From the NCBI GenBank assembly GCA_030141605.1, contig JAQGDQ010000039.1, positions 681,146 to 745,145 of the forward strand: a DNA stretch of 64,000 nt, given 5' to 3'. The stretch comes from Tubiluchus corallicola. Taxonomy: Eukaryota; Animalia; Priapulida. Positions 16,629 to 31,600 of this stretch are shown in pieces; position 1 is the first letter of the stretch; each line of letters starts with the position of its first letter. The position numbers were made by a program, and so were the translations under genes. The notes beneath the pieces are model-generated. The model saw nothing but the letters and a program-made list of their open reading frames with translations. It ran no database searches and was not told the origin of the DNA.

Positions 16629-19600
16629 TTAATGAGTTTTCTTGTGGAACAGCCATGCAGCAGTACCAGCCAACACCATAAACAGAGTGTTGACCATTGG
16701 TAGAGTGGACAGCAGAGAGATAGTAGAAATGGCATGGCCACTGAAAAAAATAAATAAAACATACCTGTAGCAGTAAATAATGAATAATGACAACAGTATA
16801 ATTATGACTGAGTGAAGTGCTGATTGTCACATAAAAATTCAAGAAGTGGCTACATCGTATATATGTGCCACTGTGCAAAATTTTGGGATGACTCCTAAAG
16901 TTTCGAATTAGAATTATCACTAAAAATCTGTCTTCCCTATCTGATCTGATATACATATATATATATATAAAATATAGAAGCACTAAGTAAGATTTCATTA
17001 AGATAACGAGTGCTTTTGAAGTATGATATCATCACCGGTATCTTGGAATTGCGATGTCACACTAGAAACTCTGGACTTCGTTCAACTATCCCTTAAATTT
17101 AATTACGATCGGCTGTGAAATTATACACTTCAACTTTGTGATCCAACAATCTTTTTTATTTTATTATTTTCTCTTCTTAATTTTTGCAACTTTTAACTAT
17201 TGCAAATTTGTCTCACACCACAGCAGCAGAGTAGTGCTTGTTGTAAAACATAAATGTAAGCTGTACACAATATATGAACATTAACAAGCTGTTAACGCAC
17301 AAAGTGAAAGTTCCTGTATATTCCTGTAAAATTTGTAAATATTTAAGTGCATATAGAGCTGCTTAAGTCCCATAATTCACATACTGATGTTGTTTATTAA
17401 TGACCATTTAATCTCGAGCAGTGAAAATGACTGTCTAATGGTCCACTACAACTGTAACACAAGCCAGACAAAAACCTAATTTGGACTTCTTGATGCCAGA
17501 CTAAACTGACTCATAAACAAATAGAACACCAAGAAAACTGTTAAAATGCCTAAACGTTGCAAAAAATTAAAGTATTTTACTGTCACAGCAAGTAGCATGT
17601 TCTCTCTTTTGACGAATGTTGATATTCCAAAAATAATCCAAGAACAAAATCCTGTTGAAAAAGGGTTACAACGTTTTGAAAAAAGCTACAGTAACAAAAT
17701 ACTCATTTACTTACCTTGCACACCCATGAGCTGTCCTGGCACCAAAGATCATTAATGCACCACCAATGAGGGCGTGCACTTTACTTGGACCAGGAATTTC
17801 ACCAAAAGTACCAGAAGCTCTAGCTGACAGGAATCCACCAAGAGCAATGCCACCACAAAAGAAAATCTAGAACAATAAATGAAACAATTTACAAACAACT
17901 ATTAGATATGGATGCAACATGTGTCAAAGATTTTCATTTGCAGTGATTTCTGTAATTGCTAATTATACTAAAAATTACTTTGCTAATGATCGTGCTCCCT
18001 AGAGCATAATGAAGTGCTGACAAAGCGAATGTCATCACGAAGTCAAATGATGGAATCGTTTGTTTTTTTCTATGAGTCTATTTTGAAAAACTAGTACAGA
18101 ACGAGAAGCATTGTTCTCAAATAGGTTACTCAACTAGGTCATTTAGAATGCCATTTAATGTTGTCATGAATCCCTTTTTTCATTAATATGTTATTTAGAA
18201 TACTGTTTATCCGTTTATCCAATTTACCATAAAAACTTAGAATACAGAATGCAAATCTATTATGATGTCACAATATAAAAACTGACTAAGAACTTATTAC
18301 AGGGAACAATGAGAATGAGAACAACACCACAGTAAAATGGATGACTTTGTAGAGTTTCTTTACAAGTGAGGACAAGTGAGGAACCCAACAAATATTTAAC
18401 AAGTTTAGCTATGCCATTTTTGTGAGAAGTTTTTGGTGTGCTGCTGCAGATAACTTACTTTACCATGCGGTTTTCTATGACCTCGAAAACAAAGGCTCCA
18501 ACAACAACAATAAAATGTCAAAATATTTGCATCAGAACATATCTTGGCCAGTACTTTTTCATTACACATGATCTAGGACTCATCAGGACATATATACAAA
18601 CCTGCCACCAATTTTTCATTCCGCTACGAGTTTTTGCAAGATATGGCGATATTTTCTGCAGGGGATTGCAACAGAAGGCTTGCGAAACAATTGAACAGTA
18701 ACTTGTGCTTGCACCCACGTGTTTGCTCAAGATTTGCACAATTGGAATGTTCAGCAAACCAATCGTGACGCCTGTGAACAATCAAACAATCAAAGCTACT
18801 TTCAATTGTACTGTACATAACTATGGACAATGGTAACAAATGATGTATTACAATTTTAAAATTTATTCCCCAATCCTTGCCGTTGTACATTGCATACATA
18901 CATATATCCAGGTAACTCTTTGAATCATTAGCCTTGTTTAGCACTTCGCAAGCTGGATGCCAGTAACTCAGCAGCAGCAATGCCTAATTGCCTACTGAAC
19001 AAAGACGGATATAAATGGCAAAACTGGAAATTATCTAATTCTCAAAGACAATCCTCTAAGATGAGACACACACACACGGGTGGCAAAGGTGTCTTAACAA
19101 CATCTAGAAATATAGATCCTCCAAGAGTGAAGTAAATAGTTGCAGCTGTAAGTAGCAGCAGCAAATAGTACTACGAGCATTATGCCAAGTGACTATGCCA
19201 CTGCTTATCCATTACTTTATTGATTATACTCAGTGTTTCTTAACTTAAGCCAGTGGTTACCCATCTATTTACGATCAGTCTTGCTGTTGCTTAGCTTAGA
19301 TCTCTCTACGTCTACGCATATTATGACCACTCAGCTATTCTCCTGTGTACACTAATATTCCTGTGTAAGTTTAATAATTGCATATTGGTGACATGTCTTC
19401 AACAAACTCAGCCTAGCTTATAAATGCTATACTGTCCTTTCCAACTCCAACTCTCCAATAGTAGGGAAGGGTGGCTCATTACATTTATCTTCACATTGCT
19501 TAAGCTGATCAATAATTATTTTTGATCAGGTAAAAAGCATTAAACTGGTACTGTACGATTCGTTCACATTTGCTGCAAAGACTGTAGTTGGGTTTACACA

Positions 19601-22600
19601 AAATTTTATAGGCACTATTATCGAAACAACTGAAACTATACAAGTTGCAAACACAACATAGACAATATTGACAATATCTTTCTCCATCCTATCAGATATC
19701 CATTCCCTCAAAAAGCCTAAAGGGTACTAATATAGCATACCTCAGATCATTTTATTCATGGTAGACTTCTATGAATTATTTGCAACAAATTAACAATAAC
19801 ATAAAAATAAAACGTAGCAGCAATTCTTAACCAGATATAAATTATGGTATTTCATTAATCAATAGTAACAGTTGTTGGGAAAAAAGGTAACATCTTTTAC
19901 AAGGTTGTTTTTCACTTAACTTGAAGCCAAATAACTGAAGAAGCTACACTGAAAATTAAACTCTATCTACAACTAGGAGTAAATTGTCTTTCATTGAGCA
20001 ATAATAAACATTATATAATCATAACTGAATAGTGAATGAAAGTAAATAGTAAGCAAAAGGTTACCTGCCAGCCAAGGTGCACAGGCTTGCTGACTGAGCC
20101 AGTTATCAGCTACCGTTTCCACAACCTAAGAGAACAAAAAACATTTTATTAAAAGCCATTTACAGTAAATAATTCGGAGAAGTTATATTAAGAAACTATG
20201 TGAATTAAAAAAGGCTGATGTGCATTAATCATACTCAGCATTGTTTATGCTGTGTCATTTTTATGGCAGCATTACAAGCTGTCAAGCTCTACTGATGAAC
20301 AGGACAAATCCCCACTCATTTCCCCCATGTGGACAATCCCCAGTGGCTTCTTGTTACATCAAAAAGTAGTAATTGTGAAATACTTTTTTGAAAATTTAAA
20401 TTATTAAAATAAATGTTAGCTATTATATTTAGCTAATATGTGTAGTAGCCAAAAATGATACACAGAATAACTATTTCAAATTAGTTAGCCAACATAAGGA
20501 AAGCAATACACTGCAAGGATTATATAACATGGGAAAAGAGAGACGGTTTGCTATTATGTTCGTTATAAGTTATTACAGACATGGATTGTCAATACTAGTA
20601 GTTGTTATGGATTTAGATGTATAAGTTTAGCAAAATCTGGAATCATGTTTGCTGTGGCCTCAGTCTCGAATGTTTTAAAAAATTGTAGAGACACTTGGAA
20701 CAACAAACCACAGGTTGAATCATTCAACCTGTAATAATTTAAAAGAGACAATCTTCATCTGTGGTTACCACACTTTGCTGCCATTCCAGAGTTTAAGGGT
20801 TCGAATTCTGCAAGCATCAAGGTTTTTTTAGCCATGTTCGAACCCTAGGACTCTTTGGTCACTTTCCTAAGTTTCCTCAGCCTTAATTTAATTCACGTAC
20901 TGTGGGAAGAAAGACGACTGAGTGACAGGCTAACCAACTTTCCCCCTCCATCTATTTTAACACATCCAGGCATACGTTATTCTTACTTTTCTTTGTCATC
21001 ATATTTCAATGATTTTAGTGAGACATCAATAATAATAATATAAAATAAGATACTAATAAGATGAGATATTAATAAGATGTCAATGCTGCTTAGAAAATGT
21101 ACGAAAATCGTGTTTATACGTTTATACTATTTGCAAAGACTAGGGGTGAGCATTAAGCGTTTGAGTTTGAACATCTGAATCAAATTCGAATGAGTTTTTT
21201 TTAGTTTGAATTCGATTGGAACCTAAAATTACAGATTCGAGTAATTCAGCACTTTAACCACATACGACCATTATCATTAAAACATTTGAAACATCATGCA
21301 ATTAGCATAATTTAGCTCCAATTTTTGTGCACAATTTTTAAGCAAATTATTGACCAAAATCGAGCATTGCTTTGTAAGACAGCTTTTCACTGGTGGTTTG
21401 AAAACTTGTTCGAAAACAGTAAAAATCACCTCGAATTCAAAATACTGAAACTCAGTTCGATTTGAATTCGAAAATCACAAATTCGATTCGATTTGATACG
21501 CTTTCTGTTAGAAAATGCTCACCCCTAGCAATGACCACCAAATTTAAGATAGAGTAAAATTGTTAGAGATAGGCAAAACAAGTCACCTTAAGCAGTGCTA
21601 ATGCGAATTAATGTGTAGTGTGTTAAGATGAAAAGTATGGCCACTGACAACTGCAACAATTGATAAACCATAGCCTCTGTTATTGGTCTCTTTTCATTTT
21701 TTCGTTGTAATATAGATCTGACTTAGATCATTCATTCAGTCTTGTTTACCTTATAATATAAATTACCTCTTCCTTCCAAGGGAAAAACTTCTCAAGTAGC
21801 CAAATGTCCCCAACAAGAACAAGAGCTATCGGTGGAGCTAAGAAAAAATAGGGTGTTGAGAACATCGCCTGAAGCCTAAAAATAAAAAAATATAAATAAA
21901 TATGAATAAACAATTGCATTTTAATAGTAACTACCAAATAAAATTGGCATATTTTACAAAAAACTCATGAGGTAACTACAGAACGCTAAAGAATATTCCG
22001 TCTTAATAGAAATTGTCTTAGAAAGACAGTATGAAAGAAGTAAGAACATAGACACGACTTATTAACTTTCACAAATTATTTTCCCACAAAACATGCGTAT
22101 CATAAAACATAGTAAAACTAAGTACACTAATTTAATCAAAATGATGAAAGAACGCCATTATGGGGATTTAGGCAATTTTTACTTAAAGAAGAGCCAAAAT
22201 AAAGACTGTTGCTTTTGTGGAATAAGAATGACAGGTTAATTTTTTACGAAACTGACTGACATCTAAGGCATTTACACAAAGTAAGTAAATTCTGTTTGCA
22301 ATGTCCATAACAACTGCCGTAGGAACTTTCTTATAAACAGGAACTTAGTCAGCTAAAACTTAGCCAACAAGCATGGTTACAATAGTTAAAAAACAAACAT
22401 TGTTTTATACGTTTGTTGATGATAGTCATCGGGAATGTAGGATTCAAACAGCAAGGCTATTCACGCACGAATGAAGCAGCAGTACGCAAGTCTTGCATAC
22501 TCGGCTATATTCAAACATGGCATAAAATTCTTATCTGGAACACTAATGGCGCATTCAGACTAGCGAGTTTTCGGTCGCGAGTTTTTTTATGTGACAGGAA

Positions 22601-25600
22601 ACTCGCCAGTGTGAACTGCTTTGAGAGTTACTGTCGGCAACATATTCAAAACTCTCTGACAGTTGCTGCAAGTTGATTAAGTGTCTAGTGTGAATGCCTC
22701 ATTGAGTTACTCTTGACACTTCTCGTAGCGATTAGAGAAGTGAGTGTCAGCTTGTGCTTACTGTCAGAGAATAACTGGTAGCAAGTTTTGCTCTCTAGTC
22801 TGAACACATTTGCAAGTTACTTGGTGAGAAAACTCGCTAGTCCGAACGAGTTGTAAGCAGCATAAGGCCAGAAGGAAAACAACAATGTGCTTTTACAAGA
22901 ATTCTCATCGGGACAGTTTCAGAACAAACATGATTGTAGTGGAATTCAATTTCAAAACAAGCCAACACAAACGACACTACTTAGCTCAAATGTTTCAAGA
23001 GTTTCATTTCTTGAAATGCAACTTGAAGCAGGAAATTTGTAGGCAATTTGAAAAATGCTACAAAAAAGATACATTCTTGGGGAAGAAGGGGGAGGACTTG
23101 GAAAAAAGTTTCAGCTAACTTGCCTCTACGAGTGCTAAGCCAACTTAGCTTACGTGTATCTAAGTCAAATAAGTCAACAAGTATGTAAAAAGATATGTGT
23201 GATTACAAATATTACGTGTATCTTTCAGGTAACATCAGTCCTTTAGGTGCCGTAAGCGAAACTACAAATGGTTCCAATAACCCATATGTTAGAGCACCGA
23301 TGTATCCACCCAGTAAAGTATATGCTAGAAACAAAAAACAAAAAGGTGAAAATTTTTTTACCATAAACAGCAGCTATACACAACTGCTATTGAACTTTTG
23401 CTATTGTTTACCTAAGAATTTAAACAGTGCATCAAGTGAGTGCACGGCTCTGATATACAAGTTTGCTTAAGTTTTTCTCCTTTATGCATTGGACACTTTT
23501 GACAGATTTGACCATAACAGCCAAAAATTAAACCAGATACAAAACTTGCCAAGTAAGTGTTTAAAGCTTCTATAAGGATATGTAAAAGCAATCAAACACA
23601 AAATGTGTTAAAAGATTGAGTTAATAAGTTGATTATTTCATGCAACCAAAATTTATAAATAACTAGCATGATTAGAACAATAAAGTGACTGTGTAACTGC
23701 ATAAAAATCTTGAAATTTTATGTTTTATGTGTAGACGCTAAAGAAAAAACAATTTTTACCGATTTCGTGGAGCACCATTCTCGTACATTTGGCTTAATGG
23801 CTTTAAAATTTCTCATGTGAAAATGTATGGTGCAAAAATTACCATTCATTCTAGTTCTAAAAAGTGACGAGAAGCTGATGTAATGAGTTTTCAAACATCC
23901 CCCTTTGAACTGCTGGCATAACAATGACAGTACATCTGCACTTTTGACTTTTGCACCGCAAATCAATAAGCTGGGTCGGAGTGGTAGTGATTACCTTCAA
24001 GCTGTGGTAATATTTGCTAAAAAAATCTATTTTATTCACTGGGGTTGTGTTGAATACAACAAAAAATAACCATTCTAGTTCATTTAAAGAACTTGCAATA
24101 AGTTTACTTCAAGCTATGTAATTGTGGCTTACTATATCACGAGTAAAATATATTCAAGACAGGTGCAGGGCGAGTCAAGAAGGTGGCTCCGTTTGAGAAA
24201 GAGCATAATTTCATTATCCTAGAGGCCTCAAAAGGTCATAATCAGGCCCTGGCCTTTACAGCTTCAGTTAAGGCTCAAGCAAACTAACTTAATGACTGTA
24301 CAAGCATTTTTAAATAGCCATGAAAAACAGATCGGCGCTACAAAACTCTCTAACTTTTTATTTTTTAACTAACAAGGAACTGTAAAAACTTCACATAACC
24401 ACCATAGCACACACGCAACTTTAGTATAACACACTAAATAGGGTAACATCTGTATGCTCAATACACCAGCATGTAACAGGGTACTTATCTAAATTGTACT
24501 CTGCAAAGCACTTGTTGAATTGATACTCTGCAAGTAACTAATGAGAAAATCTGTATTAAATTCTGCAAACAAATAGAAAATTGAGGTCTGATTAAATCAG
24601 AAGATAAATATTCTAATCTATAACAAAACCGTCATCGTATAGGTGCTTTTACGTTCTAACATGGCACGTTCCACCTGTTGATGCCAGTCCACTCCACTGC
24701 TTAAGCCCGCTGCATCATCCTTCAAATTGCAAGGTGTTTGTTAAATCTTTTTGCAGTATATCTATATATGTCAGTAACTACTGACCTTAACAGAGGCTCT
24801 TGAGGTAGTCTTAGGGCATGACCAATCCAATGCAACCTTCTTATTTGTATTTGTTTACTACAAGGATTTTTCTTCACCACATCATATAGATCATCATTGG
24901 ATATTCTGACAGGCCATTTAATATCTAACAATTTTCTATAGAGACATATTTGAAAAGTGTCAATTTCCTTCTGCTGTTTAACTTTTAACTGGTGATTAGA
25001 TGAATTGTTGACCAGTGACCACAGCTAAAACGCTGTGTGACTAGAAATACAAAGCATGCTTATTTCTTTTTGGCTATGAAACAACATAGAAGTGACCAGA
25101 TCTATTCTTTTTGTGGTGGTATGCATGTAACATAGATTTTACCAAGTCACATGTAAATGCCTTGTTGTCTGCCATGGCAGCAGATTAATTTGTAAACAAC
25201 AGCTTCTCGGAAAATAAATTAACTTTATTTGCTAAACCGCTTAATGAATTTTAATTTATTTTGCTTAATTTATTTTTATTTCCACTTTAAATTCACATTT
25301 TTTTCTCATACTCACTGTTACATGGATGGTTTAATTTTATACAACTTAAAACAATAACCTGATATAAACATAAATTTGAAGACTAATTAGATTAGTATTT
25401 TTTTAACCAAGACTACAAACTTAAAATCAGAATTTGGGCATGTCTAACAAACAAAATCAGTAGTGCAGACTGTGTTTAATATGCAGAGATGCTAGCTTTT
25501 CTTCAACATTTAAAAGATACAAATGTTTCAGATAACTGTGAAACCTCAGTTATTATTAAGATAAAATTGATGAAGTTGCTAAGTGCTACAAAAGTACTTA

Positions 25601-28600
25601 TTCAAACTGAGAAAATGGTGAAATCGTAGGTGGCTAGAGGCATAAAAAATATAGTGAGTGTAGTCACCATATTCTAGATTACTGATTTAAAACATCTCAG
25701 GAATTGTGAACAGTAACAGCTACCCAGCTAAAGTGGCATGAGCTTGTAATTTACTCTTTTTTGCTAATGTAACAAATCGTATGCTTTTTACACAACTGCC
25801 ATAAACATTCACAATATACCAAAATATATGCGGTAGCATTGTATACTGTTTCATGACACTCTAATAAAACTGTGTTAATGAACTATAATCTGAATCACGT
25901 TCTGGAATGACAACTTAAAACATTTGAAACTGATCAAAATGATGAATTTTTAGCTATTTAAAAAACACTACAAACTAAATTGATTTACATGATAATCATA
26001 AAAAATAATATCTGTTACTAAGATATTGTCAAGGTAAATAATTACATACTGCTTCTCAGTTAAAAAGCTGTAAATAACAAATTAGGGATCATTACACTAG
26101 TAGTCGCTTTGAGAGAAGAACAATGTAACAGTTATCACACTACATATACACTATATATAGTAACAGATCTTACTATATATCATTCCATTGCCTTAGTTGG
26201 AACTTTACCAACACCTTGGTTAATCCTGCTTATGCCTTGACTTCCTGGAAGTTGATTATGTAATATTATCATTAACCCAAAAACATCAGCAAACACAACT
26301 ATGAGTTGGTGAAATTAAATTTAACTACTTATGGCATATAAAATCGATATAACAAAATCAGTACCCAGCGTCAAGAACAAGTAAGAAGTACATACTCGTG
26401 AAAACAAATTTATTATTTCTATTTCATGATTCATGACCAGCATGAACAAACAGATGTAAAATTCCTACATATGCAAGATGAACGTTGATTTTCTAAGTTG
26501 CAATAAAATTTTCAAGTTATGTGCAAGTTTTGCACCAGCTTTCCTTAAAATCATAAAGCATTTATTTATCAACCTCTCAACCCGCCTGCCATGAGATCCT
26601 ACCAAGACCTATGGTTTACTGGCATGACAAACTACACAAAAATTTACATACACACTACATGTAACAAATTAAAACATTTTACGAAACTATATTACATAAT
26701 CAATTATGTATTAATATTACATAACTCTGTGGTATAACACCAAGACCTATGGTTTACTGGCATGACAAACTACACAAAAATTTACATACACACTACATGT
26801 AACAAATTAAAACATTTTACGAAACTATATTACATAATCAATTATGTATTAATATTACATAACTCTGTGGTATAACGTAAAAATAAGCTCTGCTTTTAGT
26901 CGTCTGTTTTTTTAATTCTAAAACAATAAACGATACAAAAATCCAATTACCACAGTAGCAATGAGTGGAATGATGTAAGTCCAGAGTCTTGACAAATAGC
27001 ATAAACTCAGGTCAGCAACCAAATGACATAAAACATGTTTTTTGTCTGCTTCACAGGCTACCAAACCTTTTGAAAGAATCTGTTTCATCTCTTCCATGTC
27101 TGTTTCATCTTCAGGGACCTTTTCTTCAATGATACGCAGCGCCTTGTAAAAGATGGCTTTCACAGCATGTATTGTTGTGGCATCAATCATCATGCGAACA
27201 GCTTCGCCTTTCCGAATTTTTACGACACTCCTCAAAACAGCTGGGTTGTTCTAACACCTCTCTAACGTGGCAACAGCCATTACTTGTGGTATTGCGCAAA
27301 AATTAAAGACGCTTTGATTATGAAGTCATGACAGATACAACGTCACATCAGGAACATGTTCTAGGGCATTAGCAATTAACTCATTTAAGCACGGAACTCC
27401 AAGGGATTCGTTACTGGCAAAATTTCCGAGATCGTCTGCGTACTTCTGCCAACATTCTTTAGGCCAAAATTTCCATCCATCGTTGTGGTCTTCAAGGTAG
27501 TCACGGATTATGTTAGTTTTTTGCAAAAATAAGCCCATGGAATTCGCTAGTTTGTCATCCTTGCCAACAATCTCGTCTTCAAGCTTGGAAGCAGAGAACA
27601 ATCTAGACAATCCTATGCCAACAAGACCTGCGACGTAGTGACAATATTGGTCCCATTCTGAAAATGTGTCTATGTCCTTTTCAAGAAAAACCGTCATTCC
27701 TGCCCCCATTTTCGCACAAATGTCTGATATCACATCCTGATACATTACGTCCAGAGAGCGAAATTCTTCGGAAACATCAGTAAACTGTTCCAGAACTATA
27801 CCATTTTTATCATTACTGTCCCAATAACACCATTCTGGGTCGTACAGATGTTGATAGAATGTTTTCAGCATTGGTATTTTCTCCTCGGCCGGGATCGTCA
27901 TGTCGTCTTCAATGGTATCCAGCGCACGCAAAACAATGTAGAATATACACACTGCGTGTCTTAGCTCTCCCTCCAAAGCTCGTATAACGGCGGCAAAACT
28001 TCGACTTGTTTTGTTTAGCAAATTGTAACAAGTACGAGCTGAATCCGTCATGTCATCTTCGTCTACTTTACTCGAAATAGACACAATTTTGCCACTCTTA
28101 AACTGGAGAAGAGCAAAGACCTCTTCCGGATGACTGAGAGACCGCAGGAAATCCATGGCTGTTGCACAAGTGTAAACCTTTGTGACTTGTACTAACCTGC
28201 AGTGATTAATTTTTTGAATAATAATTAAACGGCAACATATCCTTGCAATAACAATACTAACATAAAGCAACGCCGACAGTAAATGTTTAGTGTTGTAACA
28301 CAGCGTGTCTACCGATGCATGGTGAAAGAACTGTACCAGGAACACTATTGGCTGTTTACAAACTCCACCAGTGCATTCAGCGAATGAGCGATTCCGAATA
28401 TCAGCTGATCATGTTATGACAGCTAACTAGCTGTGCGCAGAAACTGATGCAGACTGAGGAATGCTGAAGATCGAGTTTATAAAATTGATAGAATTTTCTC
28501 TCAACGCAGTTTGAGTTTTTAACGAATTGTATTCATTCAGTGAATCATGAATTAATTGTTATTAAACAGTTATGATTTTTTTTCGGTTTATGTACTGTAT

Positions 28601-31600
28601 TTGACATTTATATTATATTACTTTGCCAATGTACATTGTATGTATTTGTGAAAATAAAATTGAATTGAATTGAATAGTTAACGATAGTGTAAAATTGATT
28701 TTTGTGTTTTCGTCAGTTTCTGCATAATATCATGTATGCAACAAGTCTACAACTACAACCTGACTTGTGTACTGGAACAAATCATTCAAAAATTTAGAGC
28801 ACATTCGCCGCTGGACAGGGCTAATTTTCACCAGACCACATAAGTCAGCGCATTTTACAAAGTTATCGAGCAAGAAAATGTAAGAGTTATAATGCGAAAT
28901 CGGCAGCAGAAACATACATCACGTCTACTATACTTGCAACAATTACAATCAAACGTGGCCTTGTACATATGATACAACGATGCTAACCTAATGACGGAAA
29001 TCTAAATTGGGTTGAATCTCCATAAGTGCTTAGTGGATATCCAAGAAGTGACGTCTAACATAATGTCAATCATTTTCGTTGACTGCCCAATCAGCGTGCA
29101 AGTTATTTCACACCCTTGCAGAGTTTACTTAACACTGAAACGTTCGGGACATTTAGCTACAGTTGCCTCTAATACTGTCACGAAAAATGCTCAACTTTTC
29201 GTTAGTCAGCGGGAAAAATATTGACCTGACTCTAGACTTTATTATTGTCAATTGAAATTGCAAGTGAATTAGTAGAAATATATAGTCTAGTTTCGTTTAT
29301 AGGTAGAAATGCACACAGCTTACGCCTATATAAATTGCAAGTGAATTAGTGGAAATATATAGTCTAGTTTCGTTTATAGGTAGAAATGCATACCGCTTAC
29401 GTCTATAAGTTGCTGAGTAAACCATTTCGCAATCAAGAAAATACACAGTTTAGTTTATGGCTTTGCATGTTAGACAAAAACAACTATTTCATTAACTTTA
29501 AATTAGGACAAAACAAAAAGTTTTCTTTTCTGGCCAGGTTTTATTAACCTTAATGAGATCTTCAGAGTCAAAATTAATTCAAAAGTGGTCAAAACTTATA
29601 TTATACATCAATGTAATGTTAGTTAATTTTACACTATTTTTCTGGTTATAATCGGGGTTAAAGGCGCCATTGGGAATTATGTGACTCGGGCATTCAATAT
29701 AAAGGTCGTCAATGGAATTGAACTATTAAATTTATTCCATTTCCGTAGCCTGACAAACGGAAAAATACAAAAACTTAATAAATCTTGCAGACAAGCACAT
29801 GATTAATTAATATAGGAAAATACATCGCAGACTTAAAGGCAAGAGAGACCTGCAAGGCAAACTGACTTAGTTTCTTTATTATACTCATGTCTCTATATTT
29901 TGTAGTGCTTTGAAAGTTCATGTCTACATTCTGTTTAAATTGAAAAGTCATTTTTTGGCTACTTGAAGTGTTAATTTCGAGTAAGAAATAGCTGCTGCTC
30001 TGCAAATTTGTGCTTATGAAAAAGTGCAATCAGTTTAATCTGCTGATTAAACATTAGTTGTGACTGTCATGATGTTTAGTTTAGTTTAGTTTAGCTTAGA
30101 CAGTTGTTGACCTGCGCGAGCTGTTGTCCCAAATGTAGCTGAGCTTGCTTACGTTACAGCGGGGGCAGAGCGATATTTGACGTCAATTGTTTTGCAGGCT
30201 ACAATGCTCTGTCAAGTTAGAATAAAACACAAATCAAATGCTAAATAGTTCTTTATTGATCAGGCTTAGACAATGTTATTATTACACTATATATTTTGAA
30301 AATGTGGTATATGGGCAATTTTGTGTATATTTTTGTACTTTTATGTACACAAATCAATAAGTGATTATTTTCTTAAGCTGATGAAAAATGATACAACTTG
30401 GTAATTATCCAAGAAACTGCCACATTTCTTGCACTTTTCTTGATTTTTCTTTTTTATCCATTTTCCTCTTTTTCCATCTAATTGTTTTTTCATTTCTTAT
30501 ATATATATATAGATATAGATATACATAATTGCATTTTCAAAATATATAGGGTAACAATAACATTTATATGCATTTTCATAATGACAAATGCAATAATAAC
30601 ACAAATGGTTAGTATTTAGTGGCTATTTAGAACGTTAATAAGAATAAAAGTACGTTTATCAGCTGATATACACGTTAAGCTAGTCTGTTAGTTAATTAAC
30701 AGCGTATTTAGTAAAAGCATGATATCATTGTTTGAGAAGCTTGGTATTACATGTGACTCACAAGACAAAATTTTATGCCATTATCCCAACATTGCGTTAA
30801 CTTATATAAGTGCAAGTGCCTTTAGCATTTAAACCTTCAGCATATCCCTCTGACACTTGACTCTCAGCCTCATATTACTCATCATAAAATTTCCACCCCT
30901 CCCACATTGTATTCTATAAACTTTTTCCTTTGTGTTTCATCCCAGATTACTTTATCCTTCTGATTCTGAATTTTTACTCCAGTTACATTTCAAGTTTTCA
31001 ATTCTCTGATATACTGCATGTCTTTCTATACTTGAGTTACAATTTCTCAAAACAACACAAAAAATTTATGCCCTTTTTAAAATTCTACTATGATTATAAT
31101 GTAATGTCGTATAATATAACTATTTTAACTGTAAAACAAGAGATTTGGAGATTTAGTGCACACAACTGGTTATTTGCTTTTACTTGTATTCATTTGAGCA
31201 TCCGCAAACATACATTCACTCACAGTATGTGCAACTATTTCCGTAATTCAACAACATAATAATGTCTGTCGACTCTCTGTTCTGGTATTTGGGCAATTAT
31301 GTGCCTATTTTTGTACTTTCATTTACACAAATCAATACGTGATTATTTTGTTAAGCTGATAAAACATGATACAACTTGGTCATTATCCAAGAACTGTCAA
31401 ATTTCTTGCACTTTTTTGATTTTTATGTATTTATCCATTTTTACTCTTTTTTTCCATCATCCCTTCCTTCAGTCCTTATGCCCAATTTTGTTTTGTTCTA
31501 TTTTATTTATTAACAGGCAAGTCTAATAAATTGCAAAAGCTAAACAGTGCCACATTGTCAAGATGCCTTATATCGCTTTTACAGGAAAACCGTTTTGCAT

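Noticed and set aside
16501-16998. 165-aa minus-strand ORF
   Set aside because: It overlaps the last YeeE/YedE exon in a different frame. The spliced frame (SGHAISTISLL...) fits the family.
28157-28345. 63-aa N-terminal extension of the squalene synthase ORF
   Set aside because: Starts at a non-ATG codon. Homology and the Kozak context begin at ATG 28156.
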